From the IMG/VR virus record IMGVR_UViG_3300033565_000003, positions 1 through 55,170 of that record: a DNA stretch of 55,170 nt. One strand, 5' to 3'. A program made the translations under genes and the position numbers. Shown here in pieces: positions 39,201 through 52,500 of this stretch. How positions within the stretch are numbered: position 1 is the first letter of the stretch; every line of letters starts with the position of its first letter. The DNA is from a virus. Lineage: Duplodnaviria; Caudoviricetes. Below the pieces are notes generated by a model. The model had not been told where the DNA came from, ran no database searches, and worked only from the letters and a program-made list of their open reading frames with translations.

Positions 39201-40512
39201 TAATCTTATAACAGTAGTTAATAACAAGCCTGGTGTTATTCCACATGAACTTATACATCGTAGTATAAGAAATTTAACTATAGAACAACAAACAGCATTA
39301 GAAAAAGAAAGTGTTGAAATATTTGAATTCATTAAACAAAGAATACAAACTATAACTAATGCAAATGAATTACGTCCAAAAGATAAAAAAGAAGTTATAC
39401 CACCACAAGTTCTAGAATGGGTTGAACGACTTGAAACATCAGATATAAGTGAACTTTATACTTATATATTTGAATATCAAGATATTGCTAAATGGTTAGC
39501 GAATCAAAAATATGATGATAATGGTAAAGAGAAATCTACATTTAGAGTACTTATTGAAAAACTTTTGAATGTAATTGGTGGAATCTTTGACGGTAGCATT
39601 CTTGATAAGATGATTAACACATTAGAATCATATGTAGCTACTGAAGAAATATCATTTGCTAATGAAGTTATAAATAAGTTAGAAGAATCACAACTTAATA
39701 TTGTTACAATTGAAGTTACAGATAATGGTAGAACCATTAATGATGTTGAAACCGATAGAGTAACTAATAGAATACCAAATATTAGAGTTGAAAATGATTT
39801 TAATGAGACTATTGCTACAAAAGTAGGAACTGAAGTAGATGGTGCATTACGTCAAATGTTAGATGGACAACAATATATACCATTAAATAACGTAGATGTA
39901 TCTGATGAAGCATATGAAGATTTATTAACTATTTCTACAGAACTATATGAGTGGGCTGCTCAAAATGATGTTACTTTGTATGCTAAAAATACAGTATTAT
40001 TTGATCTTAATGCTAAGATATCAGGTGAATTTGATATTATAGCTGTTCATAATAAAGAGAAGAAAGTTAGTATAATAGATATTAAAACAAGTTTGAAGAG
40101 TAAAACTAGTATAGATACAGCATATTATACTAAATATAAAGGTACAAGTGGTGAAACATTGAGTTCGTACGATAGTCATTCTAATCAAGTTAGTGTATAT
40201 GCACATTTATTTGAACAACAAACAGGTTACAAAGTTGAGAACATATATGTACTACCTTTGACTGTTAGTTACATAGAAGCTGAAAACATACTATCAGGTG
40301 TATATATAGATGGTGATTCATTAACTCTTATACCACTTACACGTAATGAACAATTAATAAGCAAATTATTTAATACTGCACCAGCAAGTAGTAAGCGTAG
40401 ATCAAGTGAATTTGACAATCTATTTTCTGAACCACTTGTAAGTATGACTATTGATGAACTTATAAAACTAAAAGTTGATACAAAAGAATTAACTGCAATT
40501 TGTGGTTTCTAA
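33286..40512 (+). CDS. giant polyvalent cargo protein with zincin-like metallopeptidase and C-terminal PD-(D/E)xK (RecB-like) nuclease domains
   Basis: Gly-rich hydrophobic helices in the N-terminal ~450 aa, long coiled coils, HELIH (H1987-H1991, nt 39244-39258) with downstream E2056, then SGEFDII (D2250), IIDIKT (D2265/K2267) and QVSVY. Confidence 0.8.
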   Translation: MGIDINKLREDANKKAAPSTKGIDIRQLRATQSDRIDPYAQGFNPGVMRNFDVNEFKFQPTFDGDNYRKRAELQGFGESLAKGAGNTVANAILGLGRDVGYLAELGGWIAGKETDFSNELIEGTERLRNPFGEVYRINPNKVWDPTDSAWWINNVGQVAESVGTFALEGWGLGKLFSFAGTSLAKGLGNSKTLLGLIDDVAQTGRYFKQGQSLDDFGQLGVNMARTDFQIQQAEAKIVSNFMQGTQRGAHLANSFTLAYIEGAQIANNVYKEVYTKQREQGVDESTAKRIAAESASITAKWNTALIGLTNLAVLAPLHSNGQGFFKKTAEFELRKGEALPAYITRLEGILADPKTKLSIFKPKSLKKLVALESGQEFIEEAGINNFAEYNGNWHGKNVEATYDEESFNTNTEPKPDYIKGLTKRIFSSQALLEGMLGALGGAGQSLILGSLKNQKVYDPSNPGKVLEKISRITQENRLKEEFVARTLKELQEDVSSMNDQLAKVEVLADKNDINSKWQREELLNRLFIPVTLKAVMGGNANLFINSYENLKNIDNTTDLGIKAKEELDQLIKDKQELESTGVVDTTIDNRIEAAQQRLDLVKGKTEAMVKGFADNTNDNRYKDKADLAIAVLKEMDGLSEELERTYSFELDDQLSGYAKAIYLANLRRVYSDVNHKFYSKTKEMYEQLIIDELTALNVDEKAQNHMLKTNRLKILDSYITEAQQEYDAFINKNTKEAKEQNKKLKSAKDTLDFLTKELLESEVDVIVAKIDQSRLNEVNVKNLEGINKNLTQLEVEKNVALERLTDLTKGDSRKEWIANWKVELDLLREDAKQHEKALMLGKIVKTKVEDLDKLVFDKNDKDLTDLVESRKRDHAKEQADELKKKEAQAVIDSAKKEAEEVITVEPEVIVDPETAVVVEAEETVKEEVIEKPKRIRKKKSTTQTTISTEQVDANIVVPGLSSNLNNALSLFDTIPDIEPNTEQVVEQIEVITPTQLEQEIAEINERRQLILDFAKSKEAQEIATAAANAITALVAISQISADDINTFIKSEDGEKLIDTALTFNSITGRRLFTIDPVKFDDKASIYDAILTYNEYINNVNILFINKQFDDEIDNAKVNANQKPLQSFDLTGISPTSDEYINAIQAFMYLINQMSTSMYDEHTAFTLQQIFDYINDEDPSMATLKKYERKLMNAAKILLVNQHRADEHSLYQQVMNRLDFTQQEELILTNLPKNFYVDTIMSNKDYNIALGVFTSIVNKFDANNYLEVTNFIDNQKEILNDHQRLLLEHMLYNPNFGSKAIIRVDKEYKSRFIQNGQADKYSYEATKNNSNLVPVAVFDHATGLKIGQIVTIPYIVMNIINAGSKTWFDTNDLHRAIERNYNALYQLYRGVELNTDEWDQLMIDFKETYNVNRKDNPLYAELDRTNIDDYNKIVDAITHMAKVMFFGSTYTTEHTNLDTYTNAKEFIEKNLANQKAQVISTIEHTRRIRQQVLSQSFVTSLHNVHGGTVLKSNMVTDGGFQLKSNLLDTIVVLKQVPVTDINGNEMLDEKGNVITRGLPIEDRAERLKHIKLYFKPYTSTDVSGDITISNIADDDDTMVINTNKSKIPVLYVRVQGRNHDIPMQVFRSKISELGNSEEYINGIILEILTQLRNNVKGSALTPNQMGATLASIIQEGGTKKQFIFNTKQVVKVQKEAGKSDSVSQATFEILYEEGESTKIVRSLKVQVFGNVVTLFKNVVEDNKDMTLESLNRAYDYKNGIKLESNPDLFHATLANAISQQTRSFSSIHAKKTDWVDPITKKTYDTYTEYLIATEAVKTDVAAYVMNGVPISNIGGIGWSNLRAEVRVDDLQNRAISTADNNIRKGRKQSGVVKPKVTQPKKIPKQVRAKKSTALKSVVPIDTKVLYTFEEAKSKLSENDVAMIEALHLQDTEFILITDDNRFAVIDYLSKTPYGGSIINLINTSNAIYHPSIPNLITVVNNKPGVIPHELIHRSIRNLTIEQQTALEKESVEIFEFIKQRIQTITNANELRPKDKKEVIPPQVLEWVERLETSDISELYTYIFEYQDIAKWLANQKYDDNGKEKSTFRVLIEKLLNVIGGIFDGSILDKMINTLESYVATEEISFANEVINKLEESQLNIVTIEVTDNGRTINDVETDRVTNRIPNIRVENDFNETIATKVGTEVDGALRQMLDGQQYIPLNNVDVSDEAYEDLLTISTELYEWAAQNDVTLYAKNTVLFDLNAKISGEFDIIAVHNKEKKVSIIDIKTSLKSKTSIDTAYYTKYKGTSGETLSSYDSHSNQVSVYAHLFEQQTGYKVENIYVLPLTVSYIEAENILSGVYIDGDSLTLIPLTRNEQLISKLFNTAPASSKRRSSEFDNLFSEPLVSMTIDELIKLKVDTKELTAICGF

Positions 40513-40561
40513 CTTAAAACAAGTCATTTAAAAGCTAAATAAGCACCTAAAACCAATTGAA

Positions 40562-43500
40562 ATGAGCTGTATATATAATTATCACAATCAAACATTTACT
40601 AGCAAAGAAGAACTCTATATTCATCTTGTAGCTGAAACTGTAAAGCATCTTGAAAACTTCACTATTCCTGCTAAACTTTTAGAAGATATTGCAAGTGGTG
40701 CACTTGATTTTAACGATAAACAACTTACTAAAAAACTTATTGATGCTGGTATATCATCACAATATGCTAGTTGGATTGCAGCATTGACTAAACGTTCTGA
40801 TTATATTAAAGCTATAGCAAATCCTACTGATGCTATTGAAAATACTACACCTACTACTTTTATTCAACCTGAATTTGATTTTGATGAAAGACCTGAAATA
40901 GCAGAAGATAGTGAACTACATTTAGTAGAAACAGAAGATGGTGTTACAATACAAGGATTGTCAGCTACTGGAGAATTGGTTACTGTACCTTTATTTAATG
41001 TTAGACAGAATATTGTAAATACTAATCAAAATTTATATGTTCATAATATATTTCCTAATATTGAAGCACAACAATATACTTTTAGAGTATTAGCTAATAC
41101 TTTTGTTCGTATTATTAATAAAGTTAATATTAAGCTTATTGATGTAGAAGAGGGTGTTAACGATGTTAAGACTCAAATGCTTGATGCACTATATAATGCT
41201 ATATTTGATGAATATGGTGAACATAGTGATTATATGAAGAACTTTATAACACTTGAAAATGCATTGAAAGAAAAAGATAGTCCACTATGGATTAGCTTTA
41301 AAGCTCATTTAAATAGATATCATGGATATAAGATAACTGATCTTAATGATGCCAAAGATGAAGAGGGTATGCTTAAGAAAAGTTGGGATGCTAATTATCA
41401 ATTTAGTGTTGATAAGAAAACTACTATTGCTAGTGAAATAAAAGACTTATTTAACACATCATATAAAATTGTTAAATATAAAGTTAAAGATACAGATACA
41501 AATATTGATAACAAGTTTGAAAAAGAAAACCTTGATAAAACTACTTGGTTAGGTATGCCTGATAGTTTACAATGGATGGATTATGCTAGTATGATGCTTA
41601 AACTTATGGCAGACGCTACAACTAAAGAACAGATGTTGGAACGTTTACGTATTATGTCATCAATTAACAAACCTAAAGCAAAAGCTCTTTATAATATATA
41701 TCTAAAACTTAAACCTAAACTTAATGATGATGGTAGTTTAAATGAGGAATTACTAGAAACATGGTATAGTCAGTTTGCGCAACAACATCCTATTGCTATA
41801 CTTGATCTTGTGCAATCTAATAATAATGTTATCATACATAATTCTGTTATTAGTAATAGGTCAACTATTGTTGAATTTAATGTTACTGATAGGTGGGTTA
41901 AAGAATTTATTGGCAAAGTAATTGATTATACCAATAGTACTGAAAAGAACAAAGAAAAACATAAAGTACAAGCATTTCTTAATGAATACGATAGTTTAGT
42001 ACAAATTATTAATAGTGGTGTATTCGGTACAAGTATAACAGCTATTAACAAATTTTATGCTAAACTAGCTAAACATCTTAATAACATTGGTATTGATATT
42101 AGTGCTGCTGAACTAGAATATGTAACATATAAAGATGGTTCACCTAATGGACTCAAAGGTTCTCTTCTACTTCCTATGGGGAAGTTACAGCAGTTCATAG
42201 TAAACTACAAAGGTGACAATAATTTTGAATCATATAACGATTTAAAACAACTTGCCTTAGCTATTAAATTATTCAGAATGGATGAAGCTGACACATCTAG
42301 TGTTAATGCTAATAATGAAATAGAACAATCATCTTTTAATCCTAATTTTATATCTGATAGAATAAAAGAACTTAAAAACCCTGAGACTCGTGTATCTGCA
42401 CTACTTAAACTTGCACGTATTCCTCAACTTCAACATTCTAATTGGCTATGGCATGAACCTAATCGTAGTAATATAGTATCTGGTATGCTTAAATATAGTT
42501 TAGATGATAAAGGTAAACGTATTCCTGTATTTAAAGATAACAAATTACAATATAATGAAGATTTTGTTAATAATTTTGATATAGTACTATACAAAGGTGT
42601 TAAAGATACTATCAATAATAAAGTTGATGAGTACGATACATTTGATGATAATGCTAGAATGCAAAGTGATATACTATCATTTTTCAATAATCCTAGAATG
42701 CAGTTTACAGGTCTAGGTTTATATACTATGCGTTGTAACTCAGATAGTACTTGGACTTATAAGATTTATAATGCTATTACTGATCTACCTACTGCTGTTA
42801 TTGATTTTGTTAAATCTGATAAAGTTAAAGAAGATGCACATACTATCTTTGGTACTAGGATATTTAAAGCTTTTTTAAATGTTTATAAACAAGATGTTGA
42901 TGAGATTAATCAAGCATTAGCATTAATGTTTGAAACTAATGCTCAAGGTCTTGTTTATGAAAATGGTAAATTAAAGATTAAAGAAACATTAGATTTAAGT
43001 ATACTTGACGAAGGTTATCACTTTAAAGATAAAGATAAGAATGGCAATCCTATTATATTAGACAAATATGGTAAGCCAACAGGTCGAGTATTTAAAATGA
43101 AAAACTTACGTCTTGCTGATGGTACATTCATACAAGATGAGATATTAGCATTATCAGATTGGAATAAGGTATATACATCTGATTTCACTTCTATTGAGAT
43201 TAAAAGAATTAATACTTTTATTGCACAAGTTATGCATGAAACAGTGCAACTTGGTCTAGCTGAATTTAATAAAATTAAAGATAATTTACTTACTGTTAAA
43301 TCAAAAGCTAACGTTAATATATTTACAGAAGATAATTTTGAAGCTAAAATTGCTACATTCTTATTGAATGATTATATATCTAATGTTGAACAAGGACTTT
43401 GGTGGGAAGGTACATTAAGTGAATTTAATACTAGTAAAAATGATAATACAGGTTATACTTACTTAGATTATCTCAAACGCTCTAGCGCATCTACTAAATT

Positions 43501-46500
43501 TGTACAACGTGCTAATCCATCTATTGTTGTAAATGGACAAGTCCGGACTGGTTGGAAAACACTTATTGTAAATGATTTAGAGATAGAAGATATACTTCTT
43601 AATAATAAGATAGATACTGTTTATGAAGATCTTATTAAACGTAAAGTTATTACTAAAGATGATACGTTTAATGCAAAACATCTTATTGGTAAAGTTAATT
43701 TTAATACATTAACTAGTGCTGAAGCATTTGTATATTCTGAAATTAAAGCTTATAAAAAGATGACATTATCTGATGGTATTAGTATCATCACATATAATGA
43801 GTTTAAGAATAGAATGAAAGCTTTTGGGCTTATTGGCAAATATAAAGCATTATTTGATAAGATTGATAATGGACAACCAATAAATAGTACAGATCATAGT
43901 TTACTTATTGAATCACAAAAAGAATTTTATTATCATAGAGTTCATAATGCTACTAATAATACATTTAAAAGTAGACTTGTAAAAGACTCAAAGTACATTC
44001 TTATACCAGGTTATGAACCTAGTGATCAGCTTACTGATTTGCATGAATTTATGATGCGACATGGTATTGATGAAGTACAGTTTCAAAGTGGTAATAAAAT
44101 ACAATCTGGTCAAAGTGTTAATATCTTTGATAAAAAGAATCAACTTAAGAAATTTACTACTGATGAACTTAATCACATTAAAAGTAGAATTCAAGAATCT
44201 CATTATAAATACCTTGGCATACAGCAATCTATTCATAGTATTGAATTAGATAGTAACAACAAACTTGGTGTACAAATAATGAAGATTATTTGGGATAATA
44301 TATCACCTAAAGCAATATATACTTTAAATGGTAAAAAAATTACTGGTACCGAACTGTTTGCTAAATTTGGAAAACTGTTTAGTTCACAAATTAGAGAATC
44401 TGTTAATCAAATGATTGTTGAATTTGGTGGCAAATTAGAAACAATAAATGGTGAACTTAATTATGTGTATTCAGATGAAATGATTTCATTAACTGAACTT
44501 ACTACTTACATACTTACACAAGCTGTAAAACAAGGTTTAGATAATAACATACTTTATGGATTACAAATTGGTGAAAATGGTAGAACTAATGTTCCATTAT
44601 CAGGTAATATTCATAGAAAGAAGATACTTTCTATATTAGAATCTGTTATTACTAATAGAATTATTAGACAAGTACATCCAGGACCACATGCTGTACTTGT
44701 ATCTAATGCTTTTATGAATGATTCACGAAAGTATGTTAAAGGAAGTAAGCTTGCTAATAAAAAGATTAAGTTTATTAAACGTATTCAAGATGCGATAGAC
44801 AGAGGTGAAAGAACATCATCATTACAAGCAGAAACATTAAGTAGTAATGGAGAAATTATAATTAAAGCAGAAGTAGTTTTATCACCTTGGACTAAATATA
44901 TTGTTAAAGATGGAAAATTACTTGTTGACATTAATGATTTATCAGAGGATGTACGTACTATGATTGCGTATCGTATTCCTTATGAAGATAAACATAGTAC
45001 TATTTATCTTGAAGTAGTTGGTTTTATCGAATCAGGTGCTAATCAAATATATGTGCCAGATGAGATTGTTCCTCGTTCAGGTACTGACTTTGATATTGAT
45101 ACTGAATATTTAATGGCATATAATTTATATGCTAATAGTAAAGGTGAAATTAAAGTGTTAAAATATATTGAAGATGATGCAACAAAACAATCTGATATTT
45201 ATATCGAACAATGGATTGCATATAAACGTTCAATGTTTCATAAATATGGTGATGTAATACCTAATAATATAAGTGAAGCACTAAAAGATAAGTATAATGA
45301 ATTTCATATGTTATTAGATACTAATATTACATATGATGGTGATCCTGAAATAAAGAAATTAGCCTTTACTCGTAGAAAACTATTTAAACAACTTAATGCG
45401 GAACGTGCTAACAAAGTTCCTAATAAAGCTCTTATTAAGGATTTAAAGAATAAAATTAATATTATTAATCCACAGATTGAAGCATCTAGTGAATTTAAAG
45501 AATATGTACAAGCATCTAAAAATAAGAAGCTTGGTCTTACAACAGTAAATGAACAATTAAATACACTACATGAAGAGATAGAACAAGCATTAATTAATGC
45601 TAAACTTCTACCAACATTTAATGAATTTAAAACATTATCAGAAGAGGATAGAAATACGTATGAAGCAAAACAAAACAAAATGCTTGATACGATGATTGCA
45701 GTTATATCTAATCCTGAACATTTGTATGAACTTCGTAAGTCTAATGTGTTTGAAGAAATTCAAATAAGTAAAGAACAGATTGATAATAAACTTACACTTC
45801 ATAATGTTGAAATTAATATTAACAATTATACAAGCAAACTTAAAACTACTAAAAGTCTATTACAAACAGTTAGCCTTAAAGGTAATGCGGTAGCGTTTAA
45901 ATCTTTAATATCTATGCTATCTAAGCTTGATACTAGACTTTCTACTAGTGAAGATAACAACTTAGGTGTTAAATGGAAATACAAATTTAGTGAACTTGCA
46001 ATTCCTATATCTGATATTATTGCTAAATATGGAGAAACTAACGTTCAAGTAAATGACTTTACACAAGAAGTTACTATTACTCACTTATTTGTTGGTAATA
46101 CACTACTTAATGATGGTAGAAATATGGCTAATTCTCAAATTAGTTCATATCTTGCACAGGTCGTATCTAACATACTTGATTCTGTTAAATTCCCTATGAG
46201 TTATAATCTTAATGGTATTACTCTTAACTTATATAGTATATTACCAACATTAGGTGTAAGTCATAGAATAACTCATACTGCTGATGAAAATACATTTGTT
46301 AATGATAATCCATTTATTGGTGGTGATAGTTTTATTCATCAACCTATCATATTAGAACTTGTTAATAAGATTAAACAAACTAATAGTAATACGTATACTG
46401 GTTCTGAAAAGAATAAAGAACTTTATGTTATTCGTAATAAGTATTTAAGTAAATTAATTACATTATATAACGATAATTCTAAATTTGCTAATCTAAGTAA

Positions 46501-49500
46501 TGAAGAAGGTAAAGTTATAGATAACGTCTTACATTCTATTGCCGGTGGTAAAAATATATACTTAAGTGATGAAGAAAACGTTCCTGTACTTAAAAAAGTA
46601 CTTGGCTTTGATTGGACTGAAATACCAATTTTATCATTAAGCGAACTTACTAGTGCATTAACAGATTTTAATGAAAACACTGCAACAGAAGAACAACTTA
46701 AATATCAACTTCTTTTACTTAATAATTGGACACAACTAGATAAGATTAAAAAGGCTTTATTTGAAGCAATACAAATACTTCGTCAAGATAAGAAAGAGTT
46801 TTCCATTGCTGATCATAATAATGTAACTAATAAGATTAACTATAAATCTAATGATTTATCATTATATAATGTAGTTGATGGAAAAGCAGTAAGTATATAT
46901 GAAAACATATACGAAAATAATGCTTATCCTATACTTAGTTCTATCTATGATTATGCATATACTGCTGCTAATAGAATGATTTCTCCTTTATTAATTAGTG
47001 AATCTAACATAGTACAAACATATCTTAATAAGTTTTTTGAACAACATAAAATATACAGACCTGACGTTAAAGAAAAGATTACTGATTATCTAGTTAATCA
47101 TATTTTAACTAGACTACCTATATTAGCTGAAATTGATGAAAAAGAAATTAAAGATCGAATACTCAGTTTGGGTGAAACAAACGATCTTGATAGTAATATG
47201 TCATTAGATGAATTTATTACTTTAAATTTAGATGATAAAATTGCATGGTATAAAGAAAACTATGCTAATGTAATTGAAATTAATGGTAATAATAACATAC
47301 TTAATAAGATTACTATTAAAAATAAGTCAGAAGATATAGCTAGACATGGCTATGTTCGTTTAGAATATATGTCTGATACAAATAACAACGAAGCACTAGA
47401 CAGTGTTAATAGAATTTACAATTCTAATGATTTTGGTAAAGCACTTGTTGAAGATATTATTCGATATTCATTTTTAACAGAAGGTTTAACTTATGGTTTT
47501 AATCTTTCTAAAACTATACCTTACACTATACTTAAAAATTATGGTTATAGCGAATTATTATATAATGTACAAAAGTATTTAGTTGATGCTCAGAATGAAA
47601 TTGATGGTAAACTAACCATGTATCAATTACTTAGTGATCCATCAAAGATTCAAGTACTAGAATTAGAGAATCATTATAATGATGCTGCTATCAGAGCGTT
47701 ATTCTTTGAAAATAGTAATATCATTAATGATGAACATTTCATGGAAATGATATATAAAACTAACTTCTATAATAACAATCTCATTCCTATTTTGAGAATG
47801 TCTGAACATATGGAAGAAATTAACGGTGCATATATCATTGGTAATGATCAAATTGTTAAGAAGAATGGATATTATTCTAATTACTTAACTAATACTTATG
47901 TTAGGATTAAATCTAATAATATTAGAAATTTACTTCAGATGAACAATAATCATGACTTATTTGATAAGTTAGAATTACTAGAATTTGGAGAAGAATTTGA
48001 TCTTAATATTCATAGTCATATACAAGGTAAATTATCATTTAAAAATGTTAATCTAAATGACTTTTTTGAAGGAAATATAGTTGCTATTCGTAGTCCATAT
48101 AACAGAAATCAAGATAGCAGATATGTAAATCTTGAAATAATAGATGCTACAAATCCAAAAGCAGTACGTGTTCGTAAGACAAGTAGTTCTGCTGCTATGA
48201 TAGAAAGTTTATATAAACAACTATATGTTGATGATGGAAGAGGACGTGGTGTTACAATGTATTATCCTATTGAAAGAATGCTACCTAGTGAATATGGTCG
48301 TACAAGTATTCAAGCTTTCAAACCTATTTACAATGAAGAATTTTATCGTGAAGATTTAATGGGTTATGTACTAGAAAAGCGTAAGGTTAACACTAAAGTG
48401 ATGGAACATTATAATAAGATTATTACTAATGATAATAAACCATTACAATCAGCACCTTTAACTTCACAATCTAATGAACCAGTTGTAGTATCTAACTATG
48501 AAAAAGCTATAGCTGAAGCATTAATTAATCATAAAGTTCTTGTTAAAACATTATTAAATAAATTTAGAGCATTAGATGGTGATATCATAACTGATGAAAA
48601 TGAAGCTACTGATGAAAATGTAGCAGTTCATATTCTAACTAATCTTACTAAAGGGTATGCTACATTAGACATCACTGCATTGGCTGCTTTAGCTAGACCT
48701 ACATTACTACAAGGACTTAAACATACACTTGCTGCAGCAACTGGTTTTGCTAATACATTTGAAGTTACCAAACTTAGGAGGATGATTGATAATTCAGGTG
48801 ATGATGTAGTAGCTTATTGGGCTAAAATACAAGAGGGTGGTAAAGAGTATAATGATTTAATGACTTTACTGTTTTCAATCAAACAATTTGTTGAAGGTTA
48901 TAATCAATTTACATCTCTTATTGAACCCTATCTTCCTGATTTGTTAGCAGAAATGAGTGAAGAAGATAGAGTTGTAGCACAACAAATAAATGATACAATC
49001 AAAAAACTTTCTGATTTAAAAGGTGCTATTGAAAAACTTAATAATACTCGTCATGCTGCATTTGAAAGATATGCCAATATAGAATTCAGAAGTATTAGTC
49101 ATAATCCAGAAGTTACATCTGATATGATTAATACTATAAAAAATGAACTTGCTAATATATTTGATGGCGCTTATGATGATATAGGTGTTATTAGATTATA
49201 TTTAGATAGTCCATTAGCTGTTGGTAATACAATAGCAGCTCTTGTTATTAAGAAGTTTTTACTTAATGAGCATAAAAGAAAGAGACATTCTGTTGAACTA
49301 TTAGAAAAGTTTGAATCAGCACTTGATAATTGGTTTGCTGTAACTAAATTTACAACACAAGGAATGAAAGACTTTAGTGCACAAAAAGATGATCGTGCTA
49401 AAGCATTCTTTAATACGTTTATAGATAAGGATAGCGGACGACTTATAACTGAATTTAAACATACGTTTCTTACTGACTTATGGAGTATGAAGAATGCACT

Positions 49501-52500
49501 TCAAATGTCATTAGAAGAAGAACAACATAATGGTGGCAAACAAAGTCCTAATTATATACTTAAAGAAAAAGAATATCATAAATGGCTAAGAGATAATCTT
49601 TCTCAACGTTGGACTGATGAATATCTTGATGCTAAAGAATCAATACAAGAAATACTTAATGCTAATCCTAATGCTAAAATATTTATTGAAAACATTAACG
49701 ATAAAATAAATGCTATTACATTAGGTAATAGAGATAGAACAGATTTAACTGAAGAGCAAAAAGATATGCTTAAGGATTATCAAAGTGATATTCGTAAAGC
49801 TGCATCTATGTATAATGAATTTGGAGCATTTAAAGAAGATTCTGAATTAGAATTAGCTAAAGTATTATCTGCTTGGCAAGAAGCTCGTACTGAGTTTTAT
49901 ACTAGATATCATACTGAACCTACAACTGAAAGTTTTGATAAAGAACTTAAATTAGCTAAGAAAATAGGTGGTGAAACACTAGAACGATTCCTAGCTAATA
50001 ATACTGAATTACGTATTAATAAAGAATTTTATACAAAACAAAAAGAATTGTTTGAAATACTTTATGGTATTGAATCTAATCCAGAACTTGAAACAATTAG
50101 CAAAACAATATCAGATTTTAAAAAGTCATATCCTAAAGGAGATTATCCAATTGCTGTACAAACTAAACTACATGAATTAGAGCAACGTAAACGTGATATC
50201 ATTAATGACGATAGAGACGAACGATTAGTCAAATTTACATCTATTAAAAATGATACTATTTATACTCCTGAATGGTATGAGTTATTAAGAGATGCCGGAC
50301 TCAGTTCATATTTAGATAAGAATATTATTAGCCAAATTGATACTAGAATTAAAGAAGCTAATAAGATTATTATGACAGTTGTTGATGAATATGGACATAG
50401 AAATAGTGAAAAATTAACACTTGATCAACTTAAACAATTACATGATTTACTTAAGGATATAAAAGATTTAAATTCACTAGCTGATCAAGGTGATACGCAT
50501 GAAAGTATATTTACATTGTTTGAAACAGTGTATGATATGGATGCATATAATACAAGTAGAAAAGAAGTAATGGATAAAAAAGACCCACAACTACTTGCTG
50601 CTTGGGATAAGATATTTACTCGTACAGTATATGATAAAGAGTATCAACAAAAGTTAGATGGTTTACTTAAACGTATTGCTAAAACAAATAAACTACAACA
50701 GTCTAAACTTGATAACAAGAAAAAAGAAATACGCGATATTAAAACATATCATTACGATGTTAATGGTATAGTTAATGGTCTTACATGGAATCAAAATGAT
50801 CCTAATGATTTAAGTGAAGTACTTAGAGTTAAAGAACTTGAAGAATTAGATGTAACATATATTAGGTTTACACCTTTAATTACAGAACGTGTTAAATACA
50901 CAAAAGAATTCTATGATAATGTTAATAGTATCAAACGTGCATATGAAACTGAAATTAATACTGAACGTAAAGAACAACTAGGTAAATATTTAGAGGAAAG
51001 TAAGAGTATAAAGATGCAGATTAATGAAATTTATTCTGTATATTCTGATAACGTTGAGGGTAGATATGATGCTACAGATATAGCATATGATGATTTACTA
51101 GCGTTAAAAGAGTTAATGAAAAAACTTGAAACATTACGAAATAAATATGATATACCTAAAGATACCGAACAAACAGCATGGATTAAAGCTAATACACGAA
51201 GCATATTTCATTCTACTGAATATGCTCAAGCAAATAGAGCTGTAATTGAAAAACATGGCAAAGATAGTGACTATTACAAAGCATGGGTTGATGTTAATTC
51301 AACATTAGATTATGCTACATATCATGATACTTTAAATGATATGTTGTATGATATCATTAAGGAAGAACTACGTAATAAAGCAATAGCTCTAAGTTTAGAC
51401 CCTAATACTGTTACTGATGAACAAATTCAAAAGGTTGTCAAAGCTAATAGAATAGATTTATCACCAGAGGGTAAAGCTGTTTATAAAAAGTATGGTGGGT
51501 ATGAAAAGATGGATTATAATACGTTAACTGATAAAGAACGTGTTGCCGTTGATACATTCATTCGATATGATGCTAATAATAAACCTCATAAATTTACGAG
51601 TACTGGTTTAATAGCAACTGTAGATGATGATATTGTTTATAAAGATGTTATCTCTGAATATGTAGAAAAATGGTCTATTGCACATGCCAAAGTTAAAAGT
51701 GCAAATACTACTTATGTGTTTAGAGATAATTACATTGCTAAACTTAAAGAACTTGCTCAACATAATAGAGTTTTTCAAGATGTACTTAATGCAATATTTG
51801 ATTATGAAAAAACATTTGATAACAATGCTCTTGAAACTAATATTTACTATTATGGTAGTATAATATTTGATGATGCTACAATTAGTAATGAAGATAAAGC
51901 ATGGTTCATGCAAGTTCACAGGATTACTAATACAGGAGAGGGTGCATTACCTAGAGGATATTATATGAAATCAGTTCCTAGAACTGGTACATATTTTACA
52001 CCTAATTCATTTATTTGGCATGAGTTTACACCAATTAATGATAAGTATATTGATAAGGCGGCACAAGAACTTAATGATATTATGCAGACAACAGTTACTG
52101 AATATTATCAGCAAGCTAAAGCAGCTAGTAAATTATTACCCAAAGATAAACAACGTGAATGGTTTAACAATAATCATATTTGGAATGAATTTACACAACA
52201 ATATGTACCTATTAGTATTTGGACTAAACGTACACCTAGACCTACTGCAAATGGTGATGGAACATACAATACTCACATAACAACTGTTCCTAATAAACAA
52301 TTCTATGGTTATGGTAAATTAGACTTAACACATCCTGAGGCTAGACGTTTGCATCATAAATACAAAGATAAAGCTAAAACAGATGCACGTAAAGAATTAA
52401 ATGATTTATCAGAAACAAAAACAACACCATTGTATGAGTATATTAAAAATACTATGAAGAATGGTGATCCTAAATTATATAATGAATGGTTTGCTAGAAA

